This document shows, piece after piece, positions 39,925-49,772 of a stretch of 64,000 bases of DNA. The notes below the pieces were generated by a model. It ran no database searches. It was not told the DNA's origin and was given only the letters and a program-made list of their open reading frames with translations. The stretch is from an uncultured delta proteobacterium. Lineage in GTDB: Bacteria > Desulfobacterota > Desulfobacteria > Desulfobacterales > JAHEIW01. A program made the position numbers and the translations under genes. The stretch lies in contig CAVPNL010000015.1 in the NCBI GenBank assembly GCA_963706575.1, positions 416,001-480,000 on the forward strand, read 5' to 3'. Within the stretch, counting starts at the first letter, position 1. Each line of letters starts with the position of its first letter.

Positions 39925-41136
39925 TTATCCTTCTTTATTGCTTCGAAAAAGCTTTAGCCACGCGGCGCCGCTCATCGCCACCAGCCCTAAAGTTGCAAAC
40001 GCCACCCCCCATCCAACGGTTCCGTTACCGGCTATATCCAACACGGCGCCAACCGCAAGCGGTGCCAGAAATCCCATCGAAAGCCCGATAAATGAGTACA
40101 ATGCCATCGTTCGGCCTGTCTCTTCAGCCCTGGCTGCGGATACCAAACCCGCAGTCAGAGAACCGCTGTCTGTAATAATTGCAATCCAGTATGCAAAACA
40201 AAGACCGGTCACCATTATAAATGTCAGACTGGCTGCAAATCCGATGAGACATCCGATAAGACCGGAAATGAGCATGACGATGGTAATAAAGCGTCTTCGA
40301 CCCCAGTGCAAAGCGCCTTCATTGCCGAGAATGCTTGCCGGCACACCGGCTAAAAGGATTAGCGTTACAAGGCTCTGAGGGCTGAGCCTAAGATTGATCT
40401 GTGGTTGGAGACTCAGACTGAAAAACATAAATGCGACCATCCATGAACGAAAACCGAAAAGTTCCCAGCAATGGGCAGCATAGCCCAGCATATATCCTAT
40501 GGCCGAACGGTTTCGAAGGGCAGGCCGGAAATCCAAAAAGGATGTTCCGGCCGCTTGATCGACTGTCTGCGGCGGCTTGGGTCTGACGGCCAACGCAAAG
40601 AGTACAACCCCAGCAACCGGAAACAGCCCCATTAATATCGCCGCCCAGCGCCAGCCGAAATAGCCGGTCAGCCATCCCGCCAAAAATACGGACAGGGCGT
40701 TTCCAACACCAATGGAAGCCGTATAGAATGATATTGCCCGGCTTTGATTTGCACCGCTAATCCTGTCACTCAGCGCCCTCACGCCCGGCATATAGGTGCC
40801 GGCAAAGCTGATTCCTGCCAGAAGGCGAAATGCCGTTGCCGTCCAGATACCCTGCGCCACTAACCCAAAGCCCATCAAAGAAACCGCGCCTAATCCTGCG
40901 GAGAGCAAATAAATTTTGCGTGGGTCCACGCGGTCTGTTAAACTCGCCAAAATAGGCACGCTGGCAGCATACCCGCCGAAATAGATGCCACTGATCCAGC
41001 CGGCCTCCGTATTGGTAAGCCCCCATTCGGCCTGAAAATTCGGCAGCAGCGCCGGAAAATAGTTAATCGCCGCAATAGAAAAAATTTGAGAAAGGCAGAC
41101 ACGGATAATTAAAGAATTCATCTTCGAATAGGCCAA
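39925..41136 (-). CDS. MFS transporter
   Basis: About 12 TM; LTDRVDPRKI motif A; YMPG and HCWELF. Confidence 0.88.
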   Translation of the reverse strand: MAYSKMNSLIIRVCLSQIFSIAAINYFPALLPNFQAEWGLTNTEAGWISGIYFGGYAASVPILASLTDRVDPRKIYLLSAGLGAVSLMGFGLVAQGIWTATAFRLLAGISFAGTYMPGVRALSDRISGANQSRAISFYTASIGVGNALSVFLAGWLTGYFGWRWAAILMGLFPVAGVVLFALAVRPKPPQTVDQAAGTSFLDFRPALRNRSAIGYMLGYAAHCWELFGFRSWMVAFMFFSLSLQPQINLRLSPQSLVTLILLAGVPASILGNEGALHWGRRRFITIVMLISGLIGCLIGFAASLTFIMVTGLCFAYWIAIITDSGSLTAGLVSAARAEETGRTMALYSFIGLSMGFLAPLAVGAVLDIAGNGTVGWGVAFATLGLVAMSGAAWLKLFRSNKEG

Positions 41137-41154
41137 AGGAAGGAAGTTTTAAAA

Positions 41155-42540
41155 TTAGCCCTGATCTTTTAACAAAAGCAGCGAAAAAACCTTTAAATCC
41201 TGTTCGTTCTCCAAAGATTTTACCCTTTCTATTATTTCGTTTTGTTTTACTTCAAAAAAAACCGGTGAAACCAGATTTCTGAATTTATCGATTAGCTCAT
41301 CCCATGTCAGCGAGTTCTCAGGGTCACCTTTTGGATAATCGATTCTGGTCGAATAGGTTTTTCCATCTTTTGTCAACAGGGTTACAGCGGCCGGCCACTT
41401 CTTCGGAAATTCCTTTTCCAGTTCAGGATCCTCTACACAGGAAATTTTTCCCATCAACTTCCTAACCCGGGCTGAATTGATACTTTCCAGCGTGTATTCA
41501 TCCAGCGTCGCCTTTCCATACAAAATGGCCACTGCAGCGCCAAAGGGCATGCTAAACTGGGCATCAACAACTGACTTTGGATTGGATTTCTGTTCTTCCG
41601 GCACTGCGATGAGGGCAAAGCCAGCTTTAAGGATTCCTATAATTACTTTTTCAATCTGAGAGGCATCTATATTATTTTCGCGCACAATCTTCAATATGCC
41701 GTCAATCGGGCCCTGCTTATATCGGCAGCAGGCGTGCGGCTTAATACTGGTACGCAATACCTCCCAGGGATCTCCCCAATCCTGCAAGACTTTGCCGGAT
41801 TTTGAACCGGATGAATAGGCATGCAAAAATCCAAACCTGCCCTCTATAATTGTGCCGGGTCCGGTAAAATTTTCGCGCGCGAGCAAAGCCGCAATTATAC
41901 CGCTATGCGCGGCCCAGCCGGGGTGCAGTCGTTTGGTAAAGGCTCCGTCAGATAAAAATTCCATAGATCCCGCCGCCTGACTGCCGGCGATGCCTAAGGC
42001 ATTGATCATTGCTTTTTGATCGAGTTTAAGTATTTTTGCTGCGGTGATGGCAGCTCCCATTGTTCCGCAGGTTCCGGTGGGATGAAAGCCCCGAGCATAA
42101 TGCGCTGCCGGATCCAGCGCCACCCCCAGTTTGATCATCACTTCGTAACCCGTGGCTATGGCTGCAATTAATTCTTTAGCGGAACAACCGGCAAGATGCG
42201 CTGCGGCCAAAGCCGCCGGCATGATCGCTACCGCCGGATGGAGTGAAGCTTCATTAACGACATCATCCAACTCCAGAGAATGTGCGGCTGTGCCGTTGGC
42301 CATGGCTGCATAAGATGGACTGGCCTTAAGATGGGTCCCGATGACAACCGCACCATCCCGGGCTTCATCAAAATTTAAGATATACTTTTGAAGCGGGCCG
42401 CTGGATTCGCTCAAGGCACCCCGCGCCGCAACCCCGATGAAGTCAAGAACAAGGTATTTAACACGATCAACGACATCGTCTGTTAATGCATCGTAATTGA
42501 GGTCATGACACCTTTGAACCAAATCTTTTGTTACTTCCAT
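41155..42540 (-). CDS. MmgE/PrpD family protein
   Basis: HSLELDD, HP, GFHPTG, KPHACC, QFSMP and PKGDPEN motifs. Confidence 0.92.
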   Translation of the reverse strand: MEVTKDLVQRCHDLNYDALTDDVVDRVKYLVLDFIGVAARGALSESSGPLQKYILNFDEARDGAVVIGTHLKASPSYAAMANGTAAHSLELDDVVNEASLHPAVAIMPAALAAAHLAGCSAKELIAAIATGYEVMIKLGVALDPAAHYARGFHPTGTCGTMGAAITAAKILKLDQKAMINALGIAGSQAAGSMEFLSDGAFTKRLHPGWAAHSGIIAALLARENFTGPGTIIEGRFGFLHAYSSGSKSGKVLQDWGDPWEVLRTSIKPHACCRYKQGPIDGILKIVRENNIDASQIEKVIIGILKAGFALIAVPEEQKSNPKSVVDAQFSMPFGAAVAILYGKATLDEYTLESINSARVRKLMGKISCVEDPELEKEFPKKWPAAVTLLTKDGKTYSTRIDYPKGDPENSLTWDELIDKFRNLVSPVFFEVKQNEIIERVKSLENEQDLKVFSLLLLKDQG

Positions 42541-42618
42541 TTTAAATTCCAATCTTTGGTTAAAAAGTAATCACCAAAAGACGAAAGCACGAAATTATCC
42601 TTTCTTTTTCCGGGTTTC

Positions 42619-42999
42619 TTAATCGTAAACGGCGACCTCAATCAAATTCTGATCCGGATCCCGAATGTAAATTGAGGTCATCGGACCCATGGCACCGGTT
42701 CTTTCTACGGGTCCCTCAATAATTTTTACACCGCAGAGGTCCAAATGGCTCATGATTTTCATAAGGGAATCACGGGCCACAAGGCAAAGATCGGCGGAAC
42801 CCGGGGTTGGGCGTAACGCTTTGGGATCAAACTCTTTCCCGGATTCATGAAAGTTGATTTTCTGGTTGCCAAAGACGACGGCTTTACGCCCGTTTTGAAA
42901 AGCAACCGCCTTCATTCCCAGGACCTTTGTATAAAAAGCGCAACTGGCTTTAATATTCTGAACGGTTAAAACCAGATGATCGATACGCTCTATTTTCAT
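42619..42999 (-). CDS. VOC/glyoxalase family protein (GLOD5/PA0880-like)
   Basis: IDHLVLTV, QKINFH, PTPGSADLC, GPVERTGA and RDPDQNLIE motifs. Confidence 0.9.
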   Translation of the reverse strand: MKIERIDHLVLTVQNIKASCAFYTKVLGMKAVAFQNGRKAVVFGNQKINFHESGKEFDPKALRPTPGSADLCLVARDSLMKIMSHLDLCGVKIIEGPVERTGAMGPMTSIYIRDPDQNLIEVAVYD

Positions 43000-43055
43000 G
43001 AGGAGCCCCTTGGTGTCATAAAATTAGACGCTTCATCCCGCGAAGCGGGGCAAAA

Positions 43056-43796
43056 TTAACTTTCGTCAATGATCCGTCCTTCTTTGGCCAAGGCAATAAA
43101 ATGGGCCACATCGATTTCTTTGGGGCAAACAAAGGAACATGCCCGGGAGGAATGACACCGATAAACCCCCTGGTCGCTGTACAATATTTTCAACCGCTCG
43201 GCTTTTTCCTGCTCACGTGGGTCCATTACGCGCACGATGCTTGCCAGCATCGCATTGGGTCCCAGAAAATTATGGTGACTGCTGATACAGGCCGAGGCAC
43301 AACAAAAACAATTGATACAGCGGGTGGCATTGACATAATGTTCCAATCTCTGAGGCATTATCGGATACGCATCCTGCTCTGATGACGGAGAGCCGGGCTC
43401 GATAACATAAGGTTGAACCCGGTCTATTCTTTCATAGGCACGGGTAAAATCCACCACCAGGTCACGCACCACCGGGGCCACATTCAGCGGTTCAATCGTG
43501 AAGGTGTCGGTTTTAAAGTATTGGACCGCGTTTTCGACAAGAAGTTCACAGGCCAACAGCGGTTTCCCATTGACTTTGACCGAACACGTTCCACACTGGC
43601 CATGTTCGCAGGAGGAGTTCCAGGCCAGAGTCGGATCCTGCTCATCGTTTATTTTGCGAAAGAGATCCACAAACCGCAGGATTCGACCGGCTTCTAAATG
43701 ATAGGCTTGAACCCAGGATCGTTTCTCCTCCGGATCGTAGCGCTGAATCTTCAGCGTAAGCTTATAAACTTGCGAGTGAGCGTTTTCTTTACTCAT
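43056..43796 (-). CDS. sdhB: Succinate dehydrogenase/fumarate reductase-like iron-sulfur subunit
   Basis: CEHGQCGTC...LAC (2Fe-2S), CINCFCCASAC and CHSSRACSFVCP. Confidence 0.88.
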   Translation of the reverse strand: MSKENAHSQVYKLTLKIQRYDPEEKRSWVQAYHLEAGRILRFVDLFRKINDEQDPTLAWNSSCEHGQCGTCSVKVNGKPLLACELLVENAVQYFKTDTFTIEPLNVAPVVRDLVVDFTRAYERIDRVQPYVIEPGSPSSEQDAYPIMPQRLEHYVNATRCINCFCCASACISSHHNFLGPNAMLASIVRVMDPREQEKAERLKILYSDQGVYRCHSSRACSFVCPKEIDVAHFIALAKEGRIIDES

Positions 43797-43827
43797 AAAA
43801 GCGAACTTCCTATTCCGGTGATAGATT

Positions 43828-43912
43828 TCACGCAAAGCCGCTAAGCCCGCAAAGAAAAGCGATTAAAAATAAACAGATTTAATATGCTTTGCGACTTTGC
43901 GACTTTGCGTGA
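43828..43912. repeat. Inverted short-unit repeat element (CGCAAAG/CTTTGCG)
   Basis: tcacgcaaagccgctaagcccgcaaag ... ctttgcgactttgcgactttgcgtga. Confidence 0.7.
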
Positions 43913-43941
43913 GGCTAATTCGAGCTTTGTTTCAGCATAAT

Positions 43942-45744
43942 TCAGTATCTGCGCTCTATAATTCCAAACTTCTCTGCAAACTCCCCGCCTTCTTCTAAAA
44001 TACTCATATCCACATTGCACTTGCTGATTTCAACTTTACCGAACTGCTTCATGGATACGAGCGTATGATGGTTAAAGGTATCGCTTCTTTCGGGAAAATC
44101 TTCGCGAAAATGAGCACCACGGGATTCTTTTCTATTCAGCGCGGCCTGAGCAACGGCCATGGAAACCGTTAGAAGGTTGTCCAGTTCCCAATGCTGAACC
44201 AGTTCCTGATTCATGCGCAGACTCTGGCTGGATAACGCCGTCTGATCGGCACGCTCTTTTAATTCATTTAAAATATCGATTGCCTTGGCAAGCCCTTCTG
44301 CGGTTCTAAAAACACCGACATTTGCGGTCATCATCGTGCACAGGGCATCGCGGATATGCCCGATGTTGTCCTTTCCCTTTGCTTCGAAGTAGCCTTTAAA
44401 TTGCGAAACAGAATGACGGCTCTCGGCTTGCGGGATTTTTTCAGACAGCTGGGTTAGATACGCCAAGATGCTGTTACCGACGAATTTGCCCATGGTAATC
44501 AGCTCTAATAAGGAATTGGTGCCCAGTCGGTTAAAACCATGAAAGCTGGCTGCTGCACATTCACCGATGGCATACAATCCCGCAATGCTTTGCCCGTTGA
44601 TGTCCTGCACTTCACCATATTCACTGGTGGGAATACCGCCCATGTGGTAGTGATTGCTCGGATGCACCGGGCAAAGCCTCTTTTTCGGATCAAGGTTCAG
44701 GTATTTTTTAAAAAAGCCGCTTACCTCTGGAATCTGCTGGTCATGGACCGCATCCGGCAGGTGTCTTAAGTCGATCCAAATATGTTCAACATTATGGTCG
44801 GGGTTCAATATGCCTCTTCCCTCACGAATTTCAGAGGCAATCGCCCGCGACACCAAATCCCGGGGCGCCAGTTCCTTCATTTTGGGTGCATAGCGCTCCA
44901 TAAAAGCGTGCTCATCCCTGTTGCGCAGAATACCTCCCACCGACCGCAGGGTTTCACTGGCCAGAATACCGGGGCCTACAATTCCGGTGGGATGAAACTG
45001 GACGGCCTCTGGATCCATCACGGGCAGCCCGGCCTGGAGAGTAAGCGCCAGACCGTCTCCTGTATTTTGGCGACAATTGGTTGTGACCTTGAAAATCTGG
45101 CCGCTTCCCCCGGTGGCTAAAACGGTGGCCTTTGCTAGAATCCGGATGAATTCGCCTTCTTTTTGTTTGAAAACAATGCAACCCACACACTGGCGGTCAT
45201 TAAAGAGAAGCTCAGTGGCAATACCCTGATTGATAAAGGAAATGTTTCGCTTCAAAGATTCCCCCCAGCAGGTATCCATAATTCCTTTGCCGGTACGATC
45301 GGCCTCAAAAACGGCCCGATAGGCCGAAGATTGCCCAAAATTGACGGTATGGCCGCCAAAAGTTCGTTTAGCGGGCGTCCCATCAGTATCACGGCTAAAA
45401 TGCATTCCTTTATTTTCCAGCCATACAATCTGCTCCCAGGCGGCATTGCAAATTTTGCGGATAATGTTCTGATCGGCGGTACAATCGGATCCTTTCCAGG
45501 TGTCGAACATGTGATAAACGGGTTTGTCCGTCGGATCCTTTGGATCGACGGCGGCCAGCCCACCCTGAGCGGTTGAGGTGTGTGATTTTTGAGGATGAGC
45601 ACTTTTGGTTATTGCAATGATCCGGGTTTGTGGCCTTTTATCGAATACCTCAGCCGCACAGCGCAACCCGGCACCGCCGGCACCAACAATAAGCAGGTCG
45701 CATTCAATTGTTGAGTTTATTCTCAGTGCTTTATTCAAAGTCAC
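43942..45744 (-). CDS. sdhA: Succinate dehydrogenase/fumarate reductase-like flavoprotein subunit (start approximate)
   Basis: GAGGAG, SHTSTAQGG (FAD His), QFHPT, ELAPRD, HYHMGG, NRLGTNSL and ESRGAH motifs. Confidence 0.92.
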   Translation of the reverse strand: MTLNKALRINSTIECDLLIVGAGGAGLRCAAEVFDKRPQTRIIAITKSAHPQKSHTSTAQGGLAAVDPKDPTDKPVYHMFDTWKGSDCTADQNIIRKICNAAWEQIVWLENKGMHFSRDTDGTPAKRTFGGHTVNFGQSSAYRAVFEADRTGKGIMDTCWGESLKRNISFINQGIATELLFNDRQCVGCIVFKQKEGEFIRILAKATVLATGGSGQIFKVTTNCRQNTGDGLALTLQAGLPVMDPEAVQFHPTGIVGPGILASETLRSVGGILRNRDEHAFMERYAPKMKELAPRDLVSRAIASEIREGRGILNPDHNVEHIWIDLRHLPDAVHDQQIPEVSGFFKKYLNLDPKKRLCPVHPSNHYHMGGIPTSEYGEVQDINGQSIAGLYAIGECAAASFHGFNRLGTNSLLELITMGKFVGNSILAYLTQLSEKIPQAESRHSVSQFKGYFEAKGKDNIGHIRDALCTMMTANVGVFRTAEGLAKAIDILNELKERADQTALSSQSLRMNQELVQHWELDNLLTVSMAVAQAALNRKESRGAHFREDFPERSDTFNHHTLVSMKQFGKVEISKCNVDMSILEEGGEFAEKFGIIERRY

Positions 45745-45760
45745 GTCCCTGGGGCACTTA

Positions 45761-45858
45761 GGATTTCGGATTGCAGATTGCGGATTGCGGATTTTGAATA
45801 CGCGATATGTTTGATATTGCAATCTGCAATCTGCAATCCGCAATCTAAAATCCGCAAT
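45761..45858. repeat. Heptamer inverted-repeat element (GATTGCG/CGCAATC)
   Basis: ggatttcggattgcagattgcggattgcggatt ... aatctgcaatctgcaatccgcaatctaaaatccgcaat. Confidence 0.75.
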
Positions 45859-45896
45859 TGATTTTACTCCAATGCTCCAAAATTAATTGATGCGCA

Positions 45897-46724
45897 TTAT
45901 ATCATCAGGGTCAGTCTGATGCCGACCCAACCAAAAACAACCATCACCAAAAAAATTAAACCGGTCAAGCCTGTCTGCAGCAGCCCGGACTTCAGGTAAT
46001 CCCTGATGATGGCCGTTAAACCATATCCGGCGTGATACAACCCAATGATCACCAGCGTCAGGTCGATAAATTTAATAAAAATGCTTTGCATTCTAGCAAT
46101 CACAACGCCAGCTTCGTGGCCAACTGCGGGTTGAAGATGCATAAAAAGAAGATGGGCTGGAATCATGACGATCAAATATGCGCCGCTGATACGCTGAAAC
46201 TTCCAGGTAATCGAAGCCGCGATATTCCAAACTTTGGCGGCTACCAGATAGCAGGGGAGGATGCCGAGAATAAAAATGATTAACCAAAAAAATATCGGCG
46301 ATACCGTCTGATTCCCCATGACCATCAACAGTCCGAGCAATGAAAAATAAATAGCGGAAAGTCCCAGCACCCAGCGAATCATAGATTCATCATTACGAAT
46401 CCCGAAGATTTCATAAAGGATCAACCGGCCGCCATTGAGGGCGTGGAAGATTACCGGCGCAGCCAACAGCCACTCCAGAAAAGAAAAAGGAAAAAAACTG
46501 AAGAGTTTCATTTTCGCATCAAAGGCATCAGGTGTGGCCAGAAAAGAAAGCGTGTAAATGTGGATCCCGATATAAAGTACCATGAGCAGGCCGCTGATTC
46601 GATGCGTCCAGGCAATCACAAAGGGCCAGCCCCGTGTTTTGGCGTAAAATGATACCACGGGCACATTTTCAAGCCCTGAAAGAATCCGTTTCACAAGCGA
46701 TGTTTTAGAAAAATAGGCAATCAT
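45897..46724 (-). CDS. sdhC: Fused SdhC-SdhD-like cytochrome b membrane anchor
   Basis: SdhC half HRISG...HALNG.R and SdhD half QRISG...H...HAGYGL..II.DY in one polypeptide. Confidence 0.8.
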   Translation of the reverse strand: MIAYFSKTSLVKRILSGLENVPVVSFYAKTRGWPFVIAWTHRISGLLMVLYIGIHIYTLSFLATPDAFDAKMKLFSFFPFSFLEWLLAAPVIFHALNGGRLILYEIFGIRNDESMIRWVLGLSAIYFSLLGLLMVMGNQTVSPIFFWLIIFILGILPCYLVAAKVWNIAASITWKFQRISGAYLIVMIPAHLLFMHLQPAVGHEAGVVIARMQSIFIKFIDLTLVIIGLYHAGYGLTAIIRDYLKSGLLQTGLTGLIFLVMVVFGWVGIRLTLMI

Positions 46725-46728
46725 TCCG

Positions 46729-47478
46729 CTAGCTTCTGTCTTCAGTCATCTGGCGACTATCTTCTGTCTTCCGGCTACGATTGTCTTGCTCATCCAAATA
46801 GGCTAAAAAAGACCGGTGAGCCACCTGGATATGCTCTTGCACCAAATTTCCGATCACCTGTTGATCTGCGTCTTGTTTCCTGAAATGAGCAAAAATCTTT
46901 TGATGCACATCTAGCGATCTAAATAAGTCTTCCTTGTAATATTGGTATGAAAACCGATACCACAAACTGTGCATTCTCAATGTTTTCAATACGTTTATGA
47001 GGAGGTCATTGGTCGAAGCCTCTATAAAAATGTCGTGAAATTCAATGTGATTTCTCCAATACGCCTTCGTGTCATTTTTCTTTACCGCCGTTGCCATTTC
47101 ATCCAGCACATGCGACATGGCTTCAAGGGCGTTTTCCGTCATTTTTTGATAGGCTTCCTGGGCTGCCAGACCTTCAAGCACGGCCCTGACCGGAAAATTT
47201 TCTTCAATATCTTTGCGCGTGATGCGTTTAACAAATGTGCCTCTCCTGGGGATAATGACCACCAGACCTTTCTTTTCGAGATCGCGAAACGCCTCGCGCA
47301 GCGGGGACCGGCTGATACCGAACTGCTTCTGCAATTCAGCCTCCACGAGCTGGTCGCCGCCTTTCAGAACGCCCTCCAATATCGCTTCTGTCAGGATACG
47401 CGAAACCTGTTCCCCGAGCACATGGGGCTGGAAATTTAGGTTTTTAATTTTCCCGTTAAGTTTTTCTGATTCCATCAA
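46729..47478 (-). CDS. GntR family transcriptional regulator (FCD domain)
   Basis: FGISRSPLREA HTH; RAVLEG, FH and H..I motifs of the FCD domain. Confidence 0.92.
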   Translation of the reverse strand: MMESEKLNGKIKNLNFQPHVLGEQVSRILTEAILEGVLKGGDQLVEAELQKQFGISRSPLREAFRDLEKKGLVVIIPRRGTFVKRITRKDIEENFPVRAVLEGLAAQEAYQKMTENALEAMSHVLDEMATAVKKNDTKAYWRNHIEFHDIFIEASTNDLLINVLKTLRMHSLWYRFSYQYYKEDLFRSLDVHQKIFAHFRKQDADQQVIGNLVQEHIQVAHRSFLAYLDEQDNRSRKTEDSRQMTEDRS

Positions 47479-47579
47479 ATGAAGTAATAATTATTTTGTT
47501 AATTGCCATATTTTAATCATTCTTTGTGTTCTTCGTGATCTTCGTGGTTAATTCCGTTTTGTTTGCAAACCCGTTTAGA

Positions 47580-47798
47580 TTATTCTTCATAAAGCTTATG
47601 AATCGTAATGGCTCCTTGAGGAAATGACTCGACACAGAGCATACACAAGGTGCATTCATCCTCATTTTCTGGGACCACCACCGGCCGATTGCCCTCCATT
47701 TTAAAAATATTCACCGGGCATACCTGAACCCACTCGGCAATTTTCTTGCTGCCGGCACACTTGGACATATTGATTTCTACCTTGATAAATTCACCCAT
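47580..47798 (-). CDS. Ferredoxin (probably one 4Fe-4S cluster)
   Basis: VCP plus CTLCMLC; the second cluster motif is degenerate. Confidence 0.8.
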   Translation of the reverse strand: MGEFIKVEINMSKCAGSKKIAEWVQVCPVNIFKMEGNRPVVVPENEDECTLCMLCVESFPQGAITIHKLYEE

Positions 47799-47825
47799 AT
47801 TCAATCACTTCCTAATACCCAACAG

Positions 47826-47928
47826 GTCGGGATTGCTGATCCTTATCCGCTCAGGCGGATTATAGCATCTGCCCGATAGCGGGATCTTACGAGCGGCAAT
47901 CCTCCAAAGGCGGATAAACCCCGACAAT
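47826..47928. repeat. Structured palindromic intergenic element
   Basis: gtcggg...ttatccgc / gcggataa..cccgac with internal atccgctcaggcggat. Confidence 0.5.
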
Positions 47929-47955
47929 CGCTCAGTTTAGGTAATAAATATTCAG

Positions 47956-48840
47956 TTAAGATATTTTGGTTGCTATATTTAAAATCCTCTTTGCCCGCTC
48001 CACCACCGGGCGGTCAACAAATTTGCCTTCCAGTTGGAATACGCCGCTGCCGCCGGCTTCAGCCTCATCAAAGGCTTGAATCACTTTTTGGGCATATTGG
48101 ATTTCTTTTTTTGATGGCGAAAACAGTCGGTTACAAATATCGATCTGGTTGGGGTGAATACACAGCTTGCCCTGAAATCCAAGCAGGCAGGCGCGTTTAA
48201 TGTCGGCTTCTAGCGCTTCAAGGTCCTTGAGATCAATCATAAATGGTGTGTCCAGGGGCGGCTCCACACCCGCGGCCCGGCAGGCAACCGCAATCCGCGC
48301 ACGCGGGTAAAAAAGCTCTTCTCCGGATTTGGTGATTTCAAATCCCATATCCAGGGTAAAATCGGCTGCACCAAAAGCAACCGTGAAGAGTCTTTCCGGA
48401 TCGGTTCTTTGCGAAACGATTTGGAAAATGTTTTCAACGGCCAGAGCCGATTCAATCAACGGCATAATTGAAACGCTCCCCGGCTGCAGACCGATGTTTT
48501 CCTCCACTTTTAGCAATTCACGATTGATTTCCAGGACCTGGGCCGCCGTCTCGACTTTTGGAATCATGATGCAGGAAAGCCCCTCGATCACCACCGCATT
48601 CAGGTCGTCCTGAAAAAATTCCGTATCCAAAGCATTAATCCGTACTAAGACCGGCCGCTTTCGATAATTCAGAAGCTTTTCGCGAACAACAGGCCGGGTT
48701 TCTTTTTTTTGTGAGTAGGGTACGGCATCTTCCAGATCGATGATGACCACATCGGCGGCGGTATTGACGGCTTTGTCGACTCGGTCCGGCCGGTTGCCCG
48801 GAACAAAAAGGGCCGTTCGTATAAATTCAAATGCTTGCAT
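47956..48840 (-). CDS. CitE-like CoA-ester lyase (HpcH/HpaI aldolase/citrate lyase family)
   Basis: RTALFVPG, DLEDAV, VRIN, PKVE, IESA, FGAADF and GKLCIHP motifs. Confidence 0.92.
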   Translation of the reverse strand: MQAFEFIRTALFVPGNRPDRVDKAVNTAADVVIIDLEDAVPYSQKKETRPVVREKLLNYRKRPVLVRINALDTEFFQDDLNAVVIEGLSCIMIPKVETAAQVLEINRELLKVEENIGLQPGSVSIMPLIESALAVENIFQIVSQRTDPERLFTVAFGAADFTLDMGFEITKSGEELFYPRARIAVACRAAGVEPPLDTPFMIDLKDLEALEADIKRACLLGFQGKLCIHPNQIDICNRLFSPSKKEIQYAQKVIQAFDEAEAGGSGVFQLEGKFVDRPVVERAKRILNIATKIS

Positions 48841-49734
48841 TTAGAGATATTCCTTTGTAATTTTCACGATATCGGAAAACGATTCTGCCACCCGGATGCC
48901 GACCTTCTGAAACATGGCGATTTTTCCTGTAGTTGTCCCGCGGTCACCTTCAACAATAGTGGCCGCGTGACCGAAGCGCACGCCCGGCATGCCATCAACA
49001 AATCGGCCGGCAATAAAGGCGATGATGGGCAGCGTAATATTTTCAGCGATTACGCGTTCGGCAAGCGTTTCCTCAATAATTCCACCCGGCTCACAAAAAA
49101 GCACAACGGCTTTTGTTTCTGGGTCCTTTGCAAACAAAGGGATTAAATCCAAAAAATTTGAGCCGACCACGGGATCGCCGCCAACGCCGATACAGGTGCT
49201 CTGGCCGATACCGTTGGTCGTCAGCAAATTTGCAATCTCGGTCGTCATGCCGCCACTTCGGGAAGCAATTCCTACCGGGCCCGGCATATAGGCTTTGTTG
49301 ACATCCTCCACCGGCCCACCCGCCATACCCAGTTTAAGAATTTGAGGCGAAATTAATCCCAGGGTATTGGGCCCGATGACACGCACGTCTTTTTCGCGGG
49401 CGGCTTCCAAAAATGCCAATGTATCTTTTCTGGGAACCCGCTCGGAAACAACCACCAAAAGACCGATACCATTGTCCAGGGCTTCCAAAACAGCCCCTTT
49501 GACAAGGGCCGGCGGTACGGAAATAACGGAAGCTTCAGCCGGATGATCTTTTAATGCCTGACGAACCGTATCATAGACCGGTATCCCGTGGACTTGCTGG
49601 CCTTTTTTTCCCGGCGTAACACCGGCCACCACACGGGTTCCGTAATCAACCATGTCTTTTGTAAAAGTGGCTGCCTCACGCCCGGTTATGCCCTGTATGA
49701 TGACTCTGGTATTTTGATCAGCTAATATCGCCAT
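48841..49734 (-). CDS. Succinyl-CoA synthetase alpha-like CoA ligase subunit
   Basis: QGITG, GVTPGK, IGPNT, SRSGG and GGD motifs; phospho-His motif RFGHA. Confidence 0.9.
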   Translation of the reverse strand: MAILADQNTRVIIQGITGREAATFTKDMVDYGTRVVAGVTPGKKGQQVHGIPVYDTVRQALKDHPAEASVISVPPALVKGAVLEALDNGIGLLVVVSERVPRKDTLAFLEAAREKDVRVIGPNTLGLISPQILKLGMAGGPVEDVNKAYMPGPVGIASRSGGMTTEIANLLTTNGIGQSTCIGVGGDPVVGSNFLDLIPLFAKDPETKAVVLFCEPGGIIEETLAERVIAENITLPIIAFIAGRFVDGMPGVRFGHAATIVEGDRGTTTGKIAMFQKVGIRVAESFSDIVKITKEYL

Positions 49735-49772
49735 CTTTATCCCTTTTTAAAGTATTTTAAATGCGCAGGAAA

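Noticed and set aside
45745..45843. N-terminal extension MRIADCRLQ... of SdhA
   Set aside because: It is a translation of the heptamer repeat element, not protein-like sequence.
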